Assembly (NCBI GenBank): GCA_050014355.1
Contig: JBEKDL010000003.1
Location: 1 to 53,545, forward strand
Source: Dehalococcoidales bacterium
GTDB lineage: Bacteria; Chloroflexota; Dehalococcoidia; Dehalococcoidales; RBG-16-60-22
Reading direction: 5' to 3'
DNA: 53,545 nucleotides
This document shows, one piece after another, positions 36,613 through 44,866 of the stretch; the stretch's first letter is position 1, and each line of letters opens with the position of its first letter. Under the pieces are notes generated by a model, which ran no database searches, had not been told where the DNA came from, and worked only from the letters and a program-made list of their open reading frames with translations. Made by a program: the position numbers and the translations under genes.

Positions 36613-37533
36613 ATGAATAAAGGGCTGCTCGCGGGCATTATTGTTCTCGCACTGGCGCTGGTGGGCACCGTTATTTACGGGATGGGAGTTATCAAAGATA
36701 AAAACACCCTGTCCACCGAATTGCAATCGGTTAAAAGCGAACTGGCTTCCGCGCAGGGGGAGCTTACCTCCACGAAGCAATCGATGACTTCAACTAAAGC
36801 AGAACTCGACTCTACCAGGGCTACGCTTACCTCGACACAATCAGAACTCACCGCCACTAGAGACACGCTTACTTCAACGCAGTCACAGCTTTACACCACC
36901 AACCAGACGCTCGCGTCAAAGCTCGTCGAGCTCAACTCCGCTAACGATAAATATGCTTCCGCGCAAAAGTCCTTGACGACCGCCCAGGATACGCTGACGA
37001 CTACCCAGAAAAAGCTGGCCGCGGCGCAGGACACATTAAACGGATTGGGCATAACCGTGGCCTCCAGCGTGGAATGTTATGATATTAAACTTACCGATAA
37101 CCAGACCGCCAGGAATCCTACCTGGAAGGAGCTGAAGGACTTCCTCGCTAAAGACAAGACCGAAAATCACGCTTACATCGCCAATGAATACGATTGTTCG
37201 CAGTTTTCCCGCGACCTCCACAATAACGCCGAAGCGGCGGGAATCCGGACATCCGAGGTGCAGGTATATTTCAAAAACGAAAATGTGGGCCATGCCCTTG
37301 ACGCGTGCCTGACGACCGATTACGGCCTGATATATGTAGATTGCACCGGAGCACCCGATAAAATAGACTATGTTAAAGTTAATAAAGTATTTAAGGGCGT
37401 GCAGGTGGACTGGATGGTCAGCGCTGCCAATGCCCGAAATGACGTCTGGTGGGACTCACAGAATATGTATTATTACCTGAAATCCAGCACGGGCGGGCAA
37501 TTGGTAACGTCACAGATTAGAATTTTCTGGTAA
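36613..37533 (+). CDS. Membrane-anchored coiled-coil protein with C-terminal transglutaminase/papain-like domain
   Basis: N-terminal TM, long L-T-S-T-x-x-x heptad run, then NPT..EL..FL..D.T....Y....YDCSQFS..LHNNAE..GIR, GHAL and GLIYVD (candidate Cys-His-Asp triad). Confidence 0.75.
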   Translation: MNKGLLAGIIVLALALVGTVIYGMGVIKDKNTLSTELQSVKSELASAQGELTSTKQSMTSTKAELDSTRATLTSTQSELTATRDTLTSTQSQLYTTNQTLASKLVELNSANDKYASAQKSLTTAQDTLTTTQKKLAAAQDTLNGLGITVASSVECYDIKLTDNQTARNPTWKELKDFLAKDKTENHAYIANEYDCSQFSRDLHNNAEAAGIRTSEVQVYFKNENVGHALDACLTTDYGLIYVDCTGAPDKIDYVKVNKVFKGVQVDWMVSAANARNDVWWDSQNMYYYLKSSTGGQLVTSQIRIFW

Positions 37534-37567
37534 ATAGTCAGATTATTTTTCAAATAGGGAGGTAACG

Positions 37568-37654
37568 ATGGGCAGTAAAGGCAGAAAGAACGTCAAGAAA
37601 CCCAAGCAGAACAAGGGCAAGGGACAGGCCGCACCTGATACCAAGAAGAAATAA
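37568..37654 (+). CDS. Lys-rich mini-peptide (28 aa)
   Basis: Below ORF-track cutoff: MGSKGRKNVKKPKQNKGKGQAAPDTKKK, preceded by strong SD GGGAGGT. Confidence 0.62.
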   Translation: MGSKGRKNVKKPKQNKGKGQAAPDTKKK

Positions 37655-37680
37655 GGGGTGAATTCAGGTAAAACCCTTCT

Positions 37681-37798
37681 TCATTTCCCCCTTCCCCTGC
37701 GAGGGGAAGGGGGATTAAGGGGGATGGAGTCCTTAAAAACTCATTCCCCCTCTCCTGCGGAACGCCTCGCCAGGAGAGGGGGACACAGGGGGTGAGGT
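37681..37798. repeat. Tandem pair of GC-rich REP-like hairpins
   Basis: 13-bp perfect stems TCCCCCTTCCCCT/AGGGGAAGGGGGA (37686-37714) and TCCCCCTCTCCTG/CAGGAGAGGGGGA (37745-37783); each is preceded by TCATT and followed by an AGGGGG-containing tail. Confidence 0.8.
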
Positions 37799-38385
37799 TT
37801 ATTATTAAGCAAGCGCGAGACAAAATCGCGGAAATTATCGAAGCTTCAACGGCGCAGTTTATCGCCCAGAGCTATGAGCTTTATGAGCTGCCGCCTCTCG
37901 GCAGCCTCGTGAAAACCGGCGATATTTACGGAATCGTTTGCCATGCCGAGACTGCCGGCATTGAGCCGGGACGCCGTCCTATCGCGCGCGGTAGGGATGA
38001 AGCCTCGGAAGAAGCCGTCTATCAGTCCAGCCCGCAGTTAGCCAAGCTCTTGCGCAGCGAGTTCACCGCGGTGGTGGCGGGGTATAAAAACGGGGGGAAA
38101 TATTACCATTATTTGCCTCCCCAGCCCGCCCGCATTCATGCCTTCATATACTTATGTCAACCCGATGAGGTCAAGGAGTTCAGCCAGTCTTTCGGCTTTC
38201 TCAATATTTTAGTCAACGCCTCCCTGCCTGTCCCTAACGGGGAAGTCATCGCCGCGGTGCTAAGGCAGATGAGCCGGGCGCATGAGGACAGCCGCTCTTT
38301 CCTGGTGGGGGCGGGGAAAGAATTGGCGAACCTACTAAGCGCGGATTTCCTGCGATTGAAAAACATCCTGGGGAGGCTCCAATGA
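37792..38385 (+). CDS. Stand-alone HAS-barrel domain protein
   Basis: IAEIIEAST..F.AQ.Y.L...PPLGSLV, IEPGRRP.A.G, P.L..LL..EF, YLPP.PA.IH; overlaps the herA start (ATGA). Confidence 0.75.
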   Translation: MRFIIKQARDKIAEIIEASTAQFIAQSYELYELPPLGSLVKTGDIYGIVCHAETAGIEPGRRPIARGRDEASEEAVYQSSPQLAKLLRSEFTAVVAGYKNGGKYYHYLPPQPARIHAFIYLCQPDEVKEFSQSFGFLNILVNASLPVPNGEVIAAVLRQMSRAHEDSRSFLVGAGKELANLLSADFLRLKNILGRLQ

Positions 38386-39989
38386 CGGATAAGCTCGGCA
38401 TCGTGACGACAGCCTCGCTGGAAAAAGGCGTCGATGTACGCCTGGATGTCCCCGTCTCGGTGGAGGACATGGTGGTGGGACGCTATGTCACCATCGAGGG
38501 GCAGAAACGCCGCTTTTTCGGGATGATTACAGATGTCAGGCTGGGCGTCACCGATGAGCGCCTCGCCGTTTCCCCGCCCGATGTCAACGACCCCTTTATC
38601 GCCGAGGTCTTGAACGGCACGAGCACTTTCGGGCAGATACACGTCACTCCTATGTTGACCATCGGCGGCGACGCCAAAAGCTTGCTGGAAGGCCCCCAGC
38701 CGGTAAAGACCATTCCCGCGCACTTTTGCCCGGTCAACCTGGCCTCCGAGCGGGACATGGAGCTTGTCTTCGGGAAGGAAGACCCGCAGCGCTTTCACAT
38801 CGGCAACCCGCTGGACATGGAGACCAAGCTCTGCCTCAACCTGGTGGAGTTCGTCAAGCGCTCCAACGGCATCTTCGGTAAGAGCGGCACCGGCAAGACT
38901 TTCCTGACACGTATCCTGCTCATCGGAATGTTGCAAAAAAGCAAGGCCGTTAATTTGATTTTCGATATGCACAACGAGTACGGCTGGCAGGGCACGTCCG
39001 AAAGCGGCCCGGCGGTCAAAGGCTTAAAACAGCTTTTCCAGTCTAAAGTCGCCGTCTTTACCCTCGATGAAGAAAACTCGCGGCGGCGCGGCGTCAGCAC
39101 CGACTTCGTGGTGAAAATCGGCTACGATGAAATCGAGCCGGAGGACATCGTCCTGCTGCGCCAGACGCTCAACCTCACCGAGCCCGCCGTGGAAGCCGTC
39201 TACCAGCTAAGGCGGCGCTTCGGGAAAAGCTGGATTCAAAACACGCTGGACATCGAAGGTGGGGAGGACACTAAAGAGCTTCTCGACTCCATGAGTATCC
39301 ACGAGAGCACTTTCCAGAACCTCAAGCGCGGGCTGGGCACCATCCGGCGGCTGCCCTTCATCGAGCCGCATGCCCCCGTCGATGCCGTAAAAACTATCAT
39401 CGAACATCTCGATAGGGATATCAACGTGGTGCTGGAGTTCGGGCGCTACCGGGATATCACCGCTTATGTTTTAGTCGCCAATATGCTGGCTCGGCGCATC
39501 TATATGCAATACCAGTCGCGCACGGAAAAGGCCATGGCCGAAGGCGCGGCACCACCCCACCCGCTGGTCATCACCATCGAAGAAGCGCATAAGTTCCTCA
39601 ACCCCGAGGTGTCCGGGCAGACCATCTTCGGCACCATCGCCCGCGAAATGCGTAAATATAACGTCAGCCTGCTCGTCATCGACCAGCGTCCCAGCGGCAT
39701 CGATAGCGAGGTGATGTCGCAGATGGGCACCAAGATAACCTGCCTCCTTGATAACGAGCGCGATATCGACGCCGTCCTGGCCGGAGTGTCGGGCAAGAAT
39801 GAGCTTAAATCGGTGCTGGCCCGCCTGGCGCCCAAGCAGCAGGCGCTTATCTTCGGACACGCGGTGCCGATGCCGGTGGCCTTCCAGCCGCGGGAGTACG
39901 GCTCCGCCCAGTCTTATAAAGACCTGGTTTCTTCAGGCCGGCCCCGGACGGAAAAGGCGGATAAAGACATCGAAAAATTGTGGGAGTAG
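38382..39989 (+). CDS. herA: HerA helicase/translocase ATPase (DUF87)
   Basis: N-terminal HAS-like region, Walker A GIFGKSGTGKT, FDMHNEYG, Walker B ITIEEAHKFL, IARE.RKY, VIDQRPS.ID.EV.SQ. Confidence 0.9.
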   Translation: MTDKLGIVTTASLEKGVDVRLDVPVSVEDMVVGRYVTIEGQKRRFFGMITDVRLGVTDERLAVSPPDVNDPFIAEVLNGTSTFGQIHVTPMLTIGGDAKSLLEGPQPVKTIPAHFCPVNLASERDMELVFGKEDPQRFHIGNPLDMETKLCLNLVEFVKRSNGIFGKSGTGKTFLTRILLIGMLQKSKAVNLIFDMHNEYGWQGTSESGPAVKGLKQLFQSKVAVFTLDEENSRRRGVSTDFVVKIGYDEIEPEDIVLLRQTLNLTEPAVEAVYQLRRRFGKSWIQNTLDIEGGEDTKELLDSMSIHESTFQNLKRGLGTIRRLPFIEPHAPVDAVKTIIEHLDRDINVVLEFGRYRDITAYVLVANMLARRIYMQYQSRTEKAMAEGAAPPHPLVITIEEAHKFLNPEVSGQTIFGTIAREMRKYNVSLLVIDQRPSGIDSEVMSQMGTKITCLLDNERDIDAVLAGVSGKNELKSVLARLAPKQQALIFGHAVPMPVAFQPREYGSAQSYKDLVSSGRPRTEKADKDIEKLWE

Positions 39990-39991
39990 CA

Positions 39992-40822
39992 ATGAGCGAG
40001 GATGCGAAAAAGAAAAAAATAGGCCTGGCGCTGGGCGGCGGGGCAGCGCGCGGCCTGGCGCACGTCGGCGTGCTGCGGGTGCTGCAAAAAGAGAAAATCC
40101 CCATTGATATGATTGCGGGCACCAGCGCCGGCGCCATCATCGGGGCGGCTTACGCGCGGCACCAGGATACCGAGCGTATGACGCATGATGCCCTGGACGC
40201 CAACTGGAGGAAAATGGCGCCCCTTATCGACCCCTCGCTGCCAAAATCAGGCTTTATCAAAGGTAAAAAAATCCGCGACCTGATTACGTCTTTCATCGGC
40301 GGGGAAGTCGATTTCAGCGACCTGAAAATACCTTTTGCCTGCGTCGCCACGGATATCGACACCGGCGAAGAGGTGGTCATCGATAGCGGTTCGGTGCCGG
40401 AAGCGCTACGCGCCAGCATCTCCATCCCGGGTATCTTTGCCGTGGTCAAGCATAAAGACCGATACGTGGTGGATGGCGGCCTGACAACCCCGGTACCGGT
40501 GGAAGTGGTCCGGCGGATGGGCGCCGACTTCATTATCGCGGTGAATGTTAACCCTGACGTGACCGGCCGCATGGGGAAAACCTACCGGCAGCGCATCGAA
40601 GCCCACAAAGAGCCCAATATTTTCCAGGTAATGATGCAGTCCATCTACATCACCACCTATGCCGTGGCACAATACGCCCTGGAGAAGGCCGATATCGTCA
40701 TCGAACCCGACCTTACCAACTTCGGCGCCGGGGATTTCAACAAAGCGCCGGAAATGATTACACGGGGCCTGGAGGCGGCGCAAAAGGCGATACCGGAGAT
40801 AAAAAGGGGGTTAGGGGGATAG
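39992..40822 (+). CDS. Patatin-like phospholipase (RssA/NTE-like)
   Basis: LALGGGAARGLAH.G, GTSAG, RASISIPG, VDGG motifs; ATG 39992. Confidence 0.93.
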   Translation: MSEDAKKKKIGLALGGGAARGLAHVGVLRVLQKEKIPIDMIAGTSAGAIIGAAYARHQDTERMTHDALDANWRKMAPLIDPSLPKSGFIKGKKIRDLITSFIGGEVDFSDLKIPFACVATDIDTGEEVVIDSGSVPEALRASISIPGIFAVVKHKDRYVVDGGLTTPVPVEVVRRMGADFIIAVNVNPDVTGRMGKTYRQRIEAHKEPNIFQVMMQSIYITTYAVAQYALEKADIVIEPDLTNFGAGDFNKAPEMITRGLEAAQKAIPEIKRGLGG

Positions 40823-40835
40823 ATCAATACCAGTA

Positions 40836-41081
40836 TTAGTTTATTTCGGCCAGTTTCTTTTCCAGTTCAATATTGCTGGGCTCCACTAATACAGACCCGT
40901 CCGGGAAAATGATTGTGGGGACGCTCTGGTAACCGTGGTTCACTTCCAATACATATTCCAGCGCCTTCTCATCGTTCTCGATGTCAACCCAGGTAAAGGG
41001 AACGTTATGCCGGCTCAACACCTGCTTGGCCCGCGCGCAATCGGGGCACCATTTCGTGCCGTAAACCTTAATTTGTTCCAT
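40836..41081 (-). CDS. Glutaredoxin-like protein (mycoredoxin/NrdH-like)
   Basis: VYGT.WCPDC, SVPTI.F.DGS.L.EPS; ATG 41081 with SD GGAG. Confidence 0.88.
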   Translation of the reverse strand: MEQIKVYGTKWCPDCARAKQVLSRHNVPFTWVDIENDEKALEYVLEVNHGYQSVPTIIFPDGSVLVEPSNIELEKKLAEIN

Positions 41082-41141
41082 TTCCTGCTTCACTCCACGA
41101 ACCGTATCTAATTCCATTATAGCAGATGTTCACCTGTGGCC

Positions 41142-42338
41142 TTAGAGAGAATTTACCGCCTTCTCGATACGTTCCAGAGCTTCCCGGAGAATCGTCCGGG
41201 GACAGGCGATATTCATCCTCTGGAATCCGGAACCCCCGGCACCGAACATAAAACCGTCATCGAAGCCCACCCTGGCCTGCTCGCGCATGAATTTCTGGAG
41301 CGATAAATCGTCCAACCCTAACGCGCGGCAGTCCAGCCAGAGGAGATAGGTACCCTGCGGCTCGATGACTTTAATTTCAGGAATTCGCTCTTTAAAAAAA
41401 GTCATGGTAATATCCAGGTTGCCCTGAAGATAGTCTAATAGCTGCTCCAGCCATTCATCCCCGTAACGGTAAGCGGCCTCCATGGCAGTCAGGCCGAAGA
41501 GGTTTATGCCGGGGACCATACCGGCCCGGGCATCGTTGAAGCTATCTCGGAGCTTCTGGTTGGGGATAATAATCGAAGAAGCCTCCAGTCCGGGGAGATT
41601 GAAGGTCTTGCTGGGCGCCATGCAGACGATGCTGTTCTGGGCGAAATTTTCCGAAATTGAAGCGAAAGGGGTATAATAGAAACCCTTATAAAGAAGCTCG
41701 CAGTGGATTTCATCGGAAACAACGACACCCCTATGGCCGACGACGATTTCTCCCATACGCTTAAGCTCTTCCCGGCTCCAGAGACGCCCAATCGGGTTCT
41801 GGGGATTGCAGAGAATCATAGCCTTGACGCGGCTGTGAGCGACGCGCATACCGGCCCGGGGCTGGAATTTACTTTCCAGGTCAGCATAGTCCATCTCATA
41901 GCGCCCGCGGGTCAGCTTTAACCGGTTATGAGCTATCTGGCAACCGCTGCCGGTAACCACCCCGAAAAAGGGATAATAAACGGGCTCCTGCAATATGATT
42001 TCGTCGCCGGGGTGCGTCAGAGCCCTGACAGCGATATTCAAGGCAGGGATGATGCCGGGGGTAAAGACCACCCATTCCGGCTCAATCTTCCAGTTAAACT
42101 TGCGCTTCATGCGGTCGACCACCGCCTCCGTCAAAGATAGGGAAGGCATGGTATAACCGTAAAAAGGGTGCCTCGCCCTATTGCGTAACGCCTTCACGAT
42201 GGGCTCCGCCGCCGGGAAGTCCATATCCGCCACCCACATCGGAATCACGTCCTCCCGCCCGAAGATGGTCTTTACGGCGTCCCACTTAGCGCAATCGGTA
42301 TTGCTGCGGTCACACACCATATCAAAATCGTACTTCAC
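41142..42338 (-). CDS. PatB/MalY family PLP-dependent C-S lyase
   Basis: PMWVADMDF, ILCNPQNP.GR.W, SDEIH, APSKTFN..GL, GTYL.WLD, R.NIACP. GTG 42338 with SD GGAGG. Confidence 0.93.
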   Translation of the reverse strand: MKYDFDMVCDRSNTDCAKWDAVKTIFGREDVIPMWVADMDFPAAEPIVKALRNRARHPFYGYTMPSLSLTEAVVDRMKRKFNWKIEPEWVVFTPGIIPALNIAVRALTHPGDEIILQEPVYYPFFGVVTGSGCQIAHNRLKLTRGRYEMDYADLESKFQPRAGMRVAHSRVKAMILCNPQNPIGRLWSREELKRMGEIVVGHRGVVVSDEIHCELLYKGFYYTPFASISENFAQNSIVCMAPSKTFNLPGLEASSIIIPNQKLRDSFNDARAGMVPGINLFGLTAMEAAYRYGDEWLEQLLDYLQGNLDITMTFFKERIPEIKVIEPQGTYLLWLDCRALGLDDLSLQKFMREQARVGFDDGFMFGAGGSGFQRMNIACPRTILREALERIEKAVNSL

Positions 42339-42435
42339 GCGAGCACCTCCATACTTAGACCATTTTACACACGAAGCGTCCGGTAACACAAAATCGTTTG
42401 TCTTCACACGGGTGTCAGGCTATAATTACTACCAG

Positions 42436-43083
42436 ATGCACTGGGTTTATTATTTCGGCCGGGTTGTCATACGCGTAGTCGTGTTCCCTTTTGGCAGTTG
42501 GGAGGTCAAGGGGCGGGAAAACATCCCTGATAGTGGGCCTTTTCTTATCGCCTGCAACCACCTACACATCGCCGACCCGCCTATCGTCGCCGCCAGCCTG
42601 CCTTTAAAAAGCGTTTTCATGGCCAAAGAAGAGCTCTGGCATAACGGGTGGTCGCGTTTCTGGGTGGAGAACTTCGGCGCTTTCCCCGTCAGCCGGGGCG
42701 GCATGACCAGAGAAGCCATCCGCCGCGCGGAAGACTGGCTGAAAAAAGGCGTTTCTCTGATTATGTTCCCGGAGGGCGGGAGGAGCAAAAGCGCCCGGAT
42801 GCAGCCAGCGCTGCCCGGCGCCGCGCTCATTGCCATACGCACGGGTGTGCCTATCCTGCCGGTGAGCATCAGAGGCACGGAAAAATTTAGAAAGCTAAAG
42901 TGGAGCTTTTTTCACCATCCTAAAGTGACGGTCACCATCGGTAAGCCGTTTAATCCCTCTTTTACTGAAGGCAGACCGCCTAAAGAACAACGGCAGCTGC
43001 TGATGAAGGAAATGATGGGGAAAATCGCCGCCCTTCTGCCGCCGGAGTACCGCGGCGTCTACGGCGGAGGCGAAAATGCCTGA
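42436..43083 (+). CDS. plsC: 1-acyl-sn-glycerol-3-phosphate acyltransferase
   Basis: NHLHIADP (HxxxxD), FMAKEEL, GAFPV.R, MFPEG.RS. ATG 42436 follows TATAAT. Confidence 0.88.
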   Translation: MHWVYYFGRVVIRVVVFPFGSWEVKGRENIPDSGPFLIACNHLHIADPPIVAASLPLKSVFMAKEELWHNGWSRFWVENFGAFPVSRGGMTREAIRRAEDWLKKGVSLIMFPEGGRSKSARMQPALPGAALIAIRTGVPILPVSIRGTEKFRKLKWSFFHHPKVTVTIGKPFNPSFTEGRPPKEQRQLLMKEMMGKIAALLPPEYRGVYGGGENA

Positions 43084-43924
43084 AATCGAAAAGGCCGGCA
43101 AGACAGGGTTCTGCTTCGGCGTAAGGCGGGCCGTCAACATCCTGGAGAAGGTCGCCCGCGAGCGGGGCGGGGTGGAGACGCTGGGGGCGGTCGTGCACAA
43201 CCAGCAGGTGCTGCACAAGCTGTCCGAGTTGGGCGTCTGCGTGGTGAAAGACAGCGCCGACATCAAAGGCGACACTATCATTACCTCTTCGCATGGCGTG
43301 AGCCCTGACTTGGAAGAAAGTCTGCGCGCCCGCAATCTAAATATCGTCAGCACCACCTGCCACGATGTACGCCGCGCCCAGGTCGCCGCGCAAAAGCTGG
43401 CCGATTCCGACTTCTTCGTGATTGTTTTCGGCGATGCCAACCATCCTGAAGTCAAAGGCATCCTGGGCTGGGCGAAGGGGAAGGGCATCGCCACCACAGA
43501 TGAAAAAGTCATCGCCGCGCTCGACCCCCTGCCGCGCAAGCTGGGTATCCTGTCACAGACGACCGAGGTGCCCGCCCATTTCGCCGAGTTCGTCAAAAAG
43601 ATAATCGACCTCGCCCTGACGAAAAACTCCGAGATACGCATCATCGATACCATTTGCCACGACCTGCGGGAAAGGCAGGCCACTGCTTTAGAGCTGGCCC
43701 ACCGCGCTGACCTCATGCTGGTGGTGGGGGGACGCTCCAGCGCCAACACCAACCGCATCGCCGAGCTGTGCGCCAAAGTCACCGAGACACACCTTATCGA
43801 GACCGCCGCAGATATTAAGCCCGCCTGGCTCAAGGGCAAGCAGCACATCGGCGTCACCTCCGGCGCGTCTACGGCGGAAGAAACGGTAGAAGACGTGATG
43901 GAGAGGCTAGGGAAAATGGCATAA
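43076..43924 (+). CDS. ispH: 4-hydroxy-3-methylbut-2-enyl diphosphate reductase
   Basis: GFCFGV.RAV, VHN, SHG, TC..V, HPEV, SQTT, DTIC, VGG.SSANT, GVTSGAST. Confidence 0.95.
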   Translation: MPEIEKAGKTGFCFGVRRAVNILEKVARERGGVETLGAVVHNQQVLHKLSELGVCVVKDSADIKGDTIITSSHGVSPDLEESLRARNLNIVSTTCHDVRRAQVAAQKLADSDFFVIVFGDANHPEVKGILGWAKGKGIATTDEKVIAALDPLPRKLGILSQTTEVPAHFAEFVKKIIDLALTKNSEIRIIDTICHDLRERQATALELAHRADLMLVVGGRSSANTNRIAELCAKVTETHLIETAADIKPAWLKGKQHIGVTSGASTAEETVEDVMERLGKMA

Positions 43925-43986
43925 TTACCCCATATTGACTTAAATACATGAGGATATTAAAATCTCAACTGAGAGGTGATAATTAA

Positions 43987-44202
43987 ATGTTACCCCGCCC
44001 AAGAAATTATGAGATGTTTAGAGACCCGATCAAGATGATATTGAAAGATGCTAAGAAGCCTTTGACATGGACTGAAATCAGAGTAAAAGCAGGTTTTGAA
44101 CAGAGAGTACCTAATCCTAGATGGGTGAAGTGGATGGAGGAAGATATAGGACTAATTCGAGAAAAAACTAAACAAGGCATCATATTGTGGAGGCTCGGAT
44201 AA
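43987..44202 (+). CDS. Small basic protein, possible winged-helix DNA-binding protein
   Basis: SD GAGAGGT; IK.IL....KPLTWTEIR.KAG...W...ME..IGL.R.....I.W.L has a winged-helix-like pattern. Confidence 0.65.
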   Translation: MLPRPRNYEMFRDPIKMILKDAKKPLTWTEIRVKAGFEQRVPNPRWVKWMEEDIGLIREKTKQGIILWRLG

Positions 44203-44230
44203 TCCCTTATATCTTGCCTGGAGATATAGC

Positions 44231-44866
44231 ATGAGTATTGTTGATGATATTCGCTCCCTTGCATTGCGTTATTCTAAAGAATTGAAAACGCAAATCTCCA
44301 ATCGTGTAGAGGAAATGGAGAAGGATGATACATCCTATTATCTAATCTACACCGTTTTAGGTATTTCCAATGAAGAAGGCAAGCTAATAGATGTGTACCA
44401 AAACAAAGGTCGTTTTTTATATAAATATGCTGGTTCTTTCTTAGAAGATGCCGCGAAGTTATGTTTTAAATATAAGTTCCCAAATTCCAAATCCATGCGT
44501 ATCCCAAACACTGAAGGCAGCCGGCCTAAAACTTTTGAGATAGATTGTGTTATTAGTCAAGAGGCGATAGAAGTTAAATGGCGTGATGCCACGACTGATG
44601 GTGACCATATTACTAAAGAACATACACGAATAAAGACTATAAGTGATGCTGGTTATACACCCATACGTGTTATGTTTTACTATCCGAATCGTGGGCAAGC
44701 AATGCGTATTCAGCAAACTATAGAGTCAATATATCGTGGGTTAAACGGCAAATATTATCATAGTGATGCAGCATGGGAATATATTAAAACTAAAACTACT
44801 ATAGATTTGAAGGGTATTCTGGTAACTCTTGCTAAAGAGCGAGGCATTTCTAACAATGAAAAGTGA
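44231..44866 (+). CDS. Type II restriction endonuclease, ApaLI/XbaI family
   Basis: YQNKGRFLYKYAGSFLE, PKTFEIDC, EVKWRDATTDGDHITKEH (PD-(D/E)xK-like D...EVK), P.RVMFYYPNR. Confidence 0.85.
   Translation: MSIVDDIRSLALRYSKELKTQISNRVEEMEKDDTSYYLIYTVLGISNEEGKLIDVYQNKGRFLYKYAGSFLEDAAKLCFKYKFPNSKSMRIPNTEGSRPKTFEIDCVISQEAIEVKWRDATTDGDHITKEHTRIKTISDAGYTPIRVMFYYPNRGQAMRIQQTIESIYRGLNGKYYHSDAAWEYIKTKTTIDLKGILVTLAKERGISNNEK

Noticed and set aside
37681-37798. Tandem hairpin repeats as a CRISPR array
   Set aside because: Only two non-identical units, no unique spacers of constant length and no cas genes.
38382-40822. HerA plus patatin as an antiphage system (e.g. Sir2-HerA-like or CBASS CapV-like)
   Set aside because: HerA is accompanied by NurA and a HAS barrel (repair-type), the patatin looks like the housekeeping RssA/NTE type, composition matches the host, and no cyclase is present.
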